The position numbers were made by a program, and so were the translations under genes. Below, piece by piece: positions 59,562 through 64,000 of a DNA stretch of 64,000 nucleotides. Positions within the stretch are counted from its first letter, which is position 1; each line of letters starts with the position of its first letter. Where the stretch lies: assembly GCA_002269645.1 (NCBI GenBank), contig NIVC01001630.1, forward strand, positions 62,001 to 126,000, written 5' to 3'. The notes below the pieces were generated by a model. The model searched no databases and had not been told where the DNA came from. It saw only the letters and a program-made list of their open reading frames with translations. This DNA is from Macrostomum lignano (taxonomy: Eukaryota).

Positions 59562-61464
59562 TAGACAATGACTACACTGATAGCTATTCACCAACAGGTA
59601 GGCCCCTAGTACTTGGCAAGCCATTTCATAGCCATAGTCAGGATCACGACATGCCTAGGCTATACCAGAATGAATCCTATCAAAAAGTTTGATTGCACCA
59701 TATGCTAGGACAAATCTAACAAAAAAGTTTGTTTGTGCTATATGCCTGAACTAGGGCCTATTTTTATCAAATAAGTCTACTTATGCCATGTGTCAGAATG
59801 TTAAAAAAAACAAAAAACAAGAACCAGTATTTTCTTTTTGAAAAATACTAGTAAAACTTGTTTTTGAATCTGTTTCATAGACTGCAATGCTAAAATATTT
59901 TTATTAAAAAAGCTATTTATACACTGGCAAACAAAAAAGTGCTAATAAAGAAAAATGTCACGTAGTGCTCACTCATCCTAAAGATGCTAAAGAACTTCTT
60001 TTGATGTCATGGTAATAATCAGACTAGAATTATAAAGTTTAACATAGCATCAGGGTACTCATTTTTTTATTTCTTTATTGTCATGTAAAGAACTTGTACC
60101 AAGTTTCATAGTATGTAAATTCAAGTCTAGGTCTTCAACTAAATGAAGAAAGCCAAAAGTGTCAGAAAATTCAGAATCCTTGGTCATAGTTAGCAAATAG
60201 TATAGTGCTGAAAAACATGCATGGTAAAACATTTTTGAAGTGAAACTTTGAATAAAGTATATGATATTTTTATATAGTAGCTTTATAATAACAATGCAAT
60301 ATTAAAGCCAGAAGAACAAAAGCTCCTGGCTTTCAAAAGCTTTTCGCTTTCATTCTTCTAGCTTTTATCAAACAATATACCTTACTTTGACTCTACTTTA
60401 CGATTGTCAAAAAATTATAAGCCTGAACTAGATAATATTTAATTGGAGTTAAATTGAATACTAAGAGGAACCAGTAAGTGGGCGCAAGGCCCAAACCAGT
60501 ATATTTATACAACATTAAATTACAAGGGGTTTGAACCAAGAATAATAAGGAAAGGGATAGAGTGCACAACTGAAGAGAGGCAAGAATGGAGAGCCAATCA
60601 GAAGGCAGCGAGGGAGAGAGAGAGATAAGAATTAATAAGATTGAGCTAAACAGAGAGAAAACAGAGTAAACAGATACAGGTGAAGGTGAACTAAAGAAAT
60701 GACTTGGAAAGTTGCAACAAAAATGAAATATTAAGGTTAAATAATATAATATAAATTTTGGGACTTAAGTAAGAACACTCTCAAGACAATCAAAATCAAA
60801 ATATTTTATTTTTGTAAAGTTAGGATCACAATTTTTGTCCATTATTTGTACATTATTACCATACTCTATATGTTTATAAAAAAGCAACCAAATTTTTTTA
60901 ACAGTTTAAGATGTCAAGTAACATATTGTAGTTTTAATTTTCAAATGTCATAAAATTTGAGGAGAAGTGGTTTAGTTGATACTGTCTCTCTCAGAATTCC
61001 AATTGCAGAATTAGCCATTACATAGAACTTAATAAAATAAACAAAGTTGGCTAAGTATAGTACTGGAAGTAGTAGTTTGCTGCAACCACTGCCGTAATTC
61101 ATAGAGAGAAGACTAGCAATCTTCGCCCCCCAATTGGGGACATCTGGATAGAATCTCTGTTCTCTACACGGATCAAAAACACATCCAAATAAAGCCTTCA
61201 CAAAGACAATATACAAACTGCTCAAATGAAGACCAATGCGAAAAGAAAACATCCCAAGACAGCATGCAAGCACCCCCCCCCAGATAGCAAGCACCCCCAG
61301 ATAGCAAGCACCCCCCATAGCAAGCATCCAATTGATAGCAAGTATCTATCCTTAAATAGCAAGCATCCACCAGACAATAAGTATCTAGTGCAACAATTTT
61401 CTTAGCTTTATGGTGGCTTCTTTATGATTGGCATGACACTTCTTTTTACGTTTGTAATTGTCTC

Positions 61465-64000
61465 TTTTATGTTTGACATGGTGGCTCTTTTATGTTTGGC
61501 ATGGTGGCTCTTTTATGTTTGACATGGTGGCTCTTTAATGTTTGACATGGTGGCTCTTTAATGTTTGACATGGTGGCTCTTTTATGTTTTACATGGTGGG
61601 TCTTTAATGTTCGACATGATGGCTCTTTAATGTTTGACATGGTGGCTCTTTAATGTTTGACCTGGTGGCACTTTACTGTCTGCAATGATGGCTCTTTAAT
61701 GTTTGACATGGAGTCACGTATACGCTTGACATGGTGACTCGTTAATGTTTGACATGGTGGCTCTTTAATGTTTTACATGGTGGCTCTTTTATGTTCGACA
61801 TGGTGGCTCTTTAACGTTCGATATGGTGGCTCTTTAATGTTCGACATGGAGTCACATATATGTTAGACATGGTGGCTCTTTAATGTTGGACATGGTTGCT
61901 TTTTAATGTTCGACATGGTGACACTTTAATGTCTGAAATGATGGCTCTTTAATGTTTGACATGGAGTCACGTATACGCTTGACATGGTGACTCGTTAATG
62001 TTTGACATGGTGGCTCTTTAACGTTCGACATGGTGGCTCTTTAATGTTAGACATGGTGGCTCTTTAATGTTTTACATGGTGGCTCTTTTATGTTCGACAT
62101 GGTGGCTCTTTAACGTTCGACATGGTGGCTCTTTAATGTTCGACATGGAGTCACATATATGTTGGACATGGTGGCTCTTTAATGTTGGACATGGTGGCTC
62201 TTTAAATTTTTTTCATGGTGGCTTTTAAATGTTTGACATGGTGGCTCTTTATTATTTGACATGGTGGCTCTTTAATGTTTGACATGGTGGTTCTTTAATG
62301 TTCGACATGGTGGCTCTTTAATGTTCGACGTGGTGGCTCTTTAATGTTTGACATGGTGGCTCTTTAATGTTTGACATTGTAGCTCTTAAATGTTCGACAT
62401 GGTGGTTCTTTTACGTTTGACATGGTGGCTCTTTAATGTTTGACATTGTAGCTCTTAAATGTTCGACATGGTGGTTCTTTTACGTTTGACATGGTGGCTC
62501 TTTAATTTTCGACATGTTGGCTCTTTTATGTTTGACATGGTAGCTCTTTAATTTTCGACAAAGTGGCTCTTTAATGTTTGACATGGTGGCTCGTTAATGT
62601 TTGACATGGTAGCTCTTTAATGTTCGATGTGGTGGCTCTTTAATGTTCGACAGAGTGGCTCTTTAATGTTTGACATGGTAGCTTTTTAATTTTCGACATG
62701 TCGGCTCTTTTATGTTTGACATGGTGGCTCTTTAATGTTTGATATGGTGGCTCTTTTTTGTTTTACATGGTGGGTCTTTAATGTTCGACATGATGGCTCT
62801 TTAATGTTTGACATGGTGGCTCTTTAATGTTTGACCTGGTGGCACTTTACTGTCTGCAATGATGGCTCTTTAATGTTTGACATGGAGTCACGTATACGCT
62901 TGACATGGTGACTCGTTAATGTTGGACATGGTGGCTTTTTAATGTTCGACATGGTGACACTTTAATGTCTGAAATGATGGCTCTTTAATGTTTGACATGG
63001 AGTCACGTATACGCTTGACATGGTGACTCGTTAATGTTTGTCATGGTGGCTCTTTAACGTTCGACATGGTGGCTCTTTAATGTTAGACATGGTGGCTCTT
63101 TAATGTTTTACATCTTGGCTCTTTTATGTTCGACATGGTGGCTCCTTAACGTTCGACATGGTGGCTCTTTAATGTTCGACATGGAGTCACATATATGTTG
63201 GACATGGTGGCTCTTTAATGTTAGACATGGTGGCTCTTTAAATTTTTTTCATGGTGGCTCTTAAATGTTTGACATGGTGGCTCTTTATTATTTGACATGG
63301 TGGCTCTTTAATGTTTGACATGGTGGTTCTTTAATGTTCAACATGGTGGCTCTTTAATGTTCGACGTGGTGGCTCTTTAATGTTCGACAGAGTGGCTCCT
63401 TTATGTTTGACATGGTGGCTCTTTAATTTTCGACATGTTGGCTCTTTTATGTTTGACATGGTAGCTCTTTAATTTTCGACAAAGTGGCTCTTTAATGTTT
63501 GACATGGAGTCACGTATACGCTTGACATGGTGACTCGTTAATGTTGGACATGGTGGCTTTTTAATGTTCGACATGGTGACACTTTAATGTCTGAAATGAT
63601 GGCTCTTTAATGTTTGACATGGAGTCACGTATACGCTTGACATGGTGACTCGTTAATGTTTGTCATGGTGGCTCTTTAACGTTCGACATGGTGGCTCTTT
63701 AATGTTAGACATGGTGGCTCTTTAATGTTTTACATCTTGGCTCTTTTATGTTCGACATGGTGGCTCCTTAACGTTCGACATGGTGGCTCTTTAATGTTCG
63801 ACATGGAGTCACATATATGTTGGACATGGTGGCTCTTTAATGTTAGACATGGTGGCTCTTTAAATTTTTTTCATGGTGGCTCTTAATTGTTTGACATGGT
63901 GGCTCTTTATTATTTGACATGGTGGCTCTTTAATGTTTGACATGGTGGTTCTTTAATGTTCAACATGGTGGCTCTTTAATGTTCGACGTGGTGGCTCTTT
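61465..64000. repeat. 23 bp minisatellite (GACATGGTGGCTCTTTAATGTTT)n with longer-period duplications; runs off the window end
   Basis: Directly visible. Variant blocks (GAGTCACGTATACGCTT, GTCTGAAATGATGG) recur at about 620 bp spacing. Confidence 0.97.

Noticed and set aside
60941-61370. 128 aa hydrophobic minus-strand ORF
   Set aside because: It starts within a degenerate repeat, and no homology was recognisable.

Overview
Eukaryotic (animal) genomic DNA with spliced genes in the standard code and a very high tandem-repeat content. The style (GC-rich exons, introns packed with 12-38 bp minisatellites, PAN plus glycine-rich gene family) suggests a flatworm such as Macrostomum; this is inference only. 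Five spliced genes could be reconstructed by hand. (1) A divergent netrin-like gene on the minus strand (9796 to about 2407; LN domain plus 3 laminin-EGF repeats; C-terminal exon unresolved). (2) A complete 6-exon coatomer beta' gene (COPB2; minus strand, 31670-10861, 935 aa) whose first intron is about 98% filled by a 13.5 kb array of a 23 bp TTAGGG-containing unit. (3) A partial fucolectin/F5-8-type plus PAN/Apple gene (minus strand, about 40030-39199). (4, 5) Two tandem paralogs on the plus strand (44958-46469 and about 48954-51781) encoding signal peptide, PAN/Apple and an ALK/LTK-type glycine-rich domain, with no transmembrane or kinase part. The remainder is minisatellites, tRNA-derived SINEs (one with a CORE-like domain), several MITE families with target-site duplications (one hAT-like element encloses a 3 kb minisatellite), and Merlin and LINE relics. 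Most long ORFs in the supplied track are tandem-repeat artefacts. No rRNA or CRISPR array was found, and no convincing functional tRNA. All splice models come from manual reading of GT-AG sites and frame continuity, not from transcript data.
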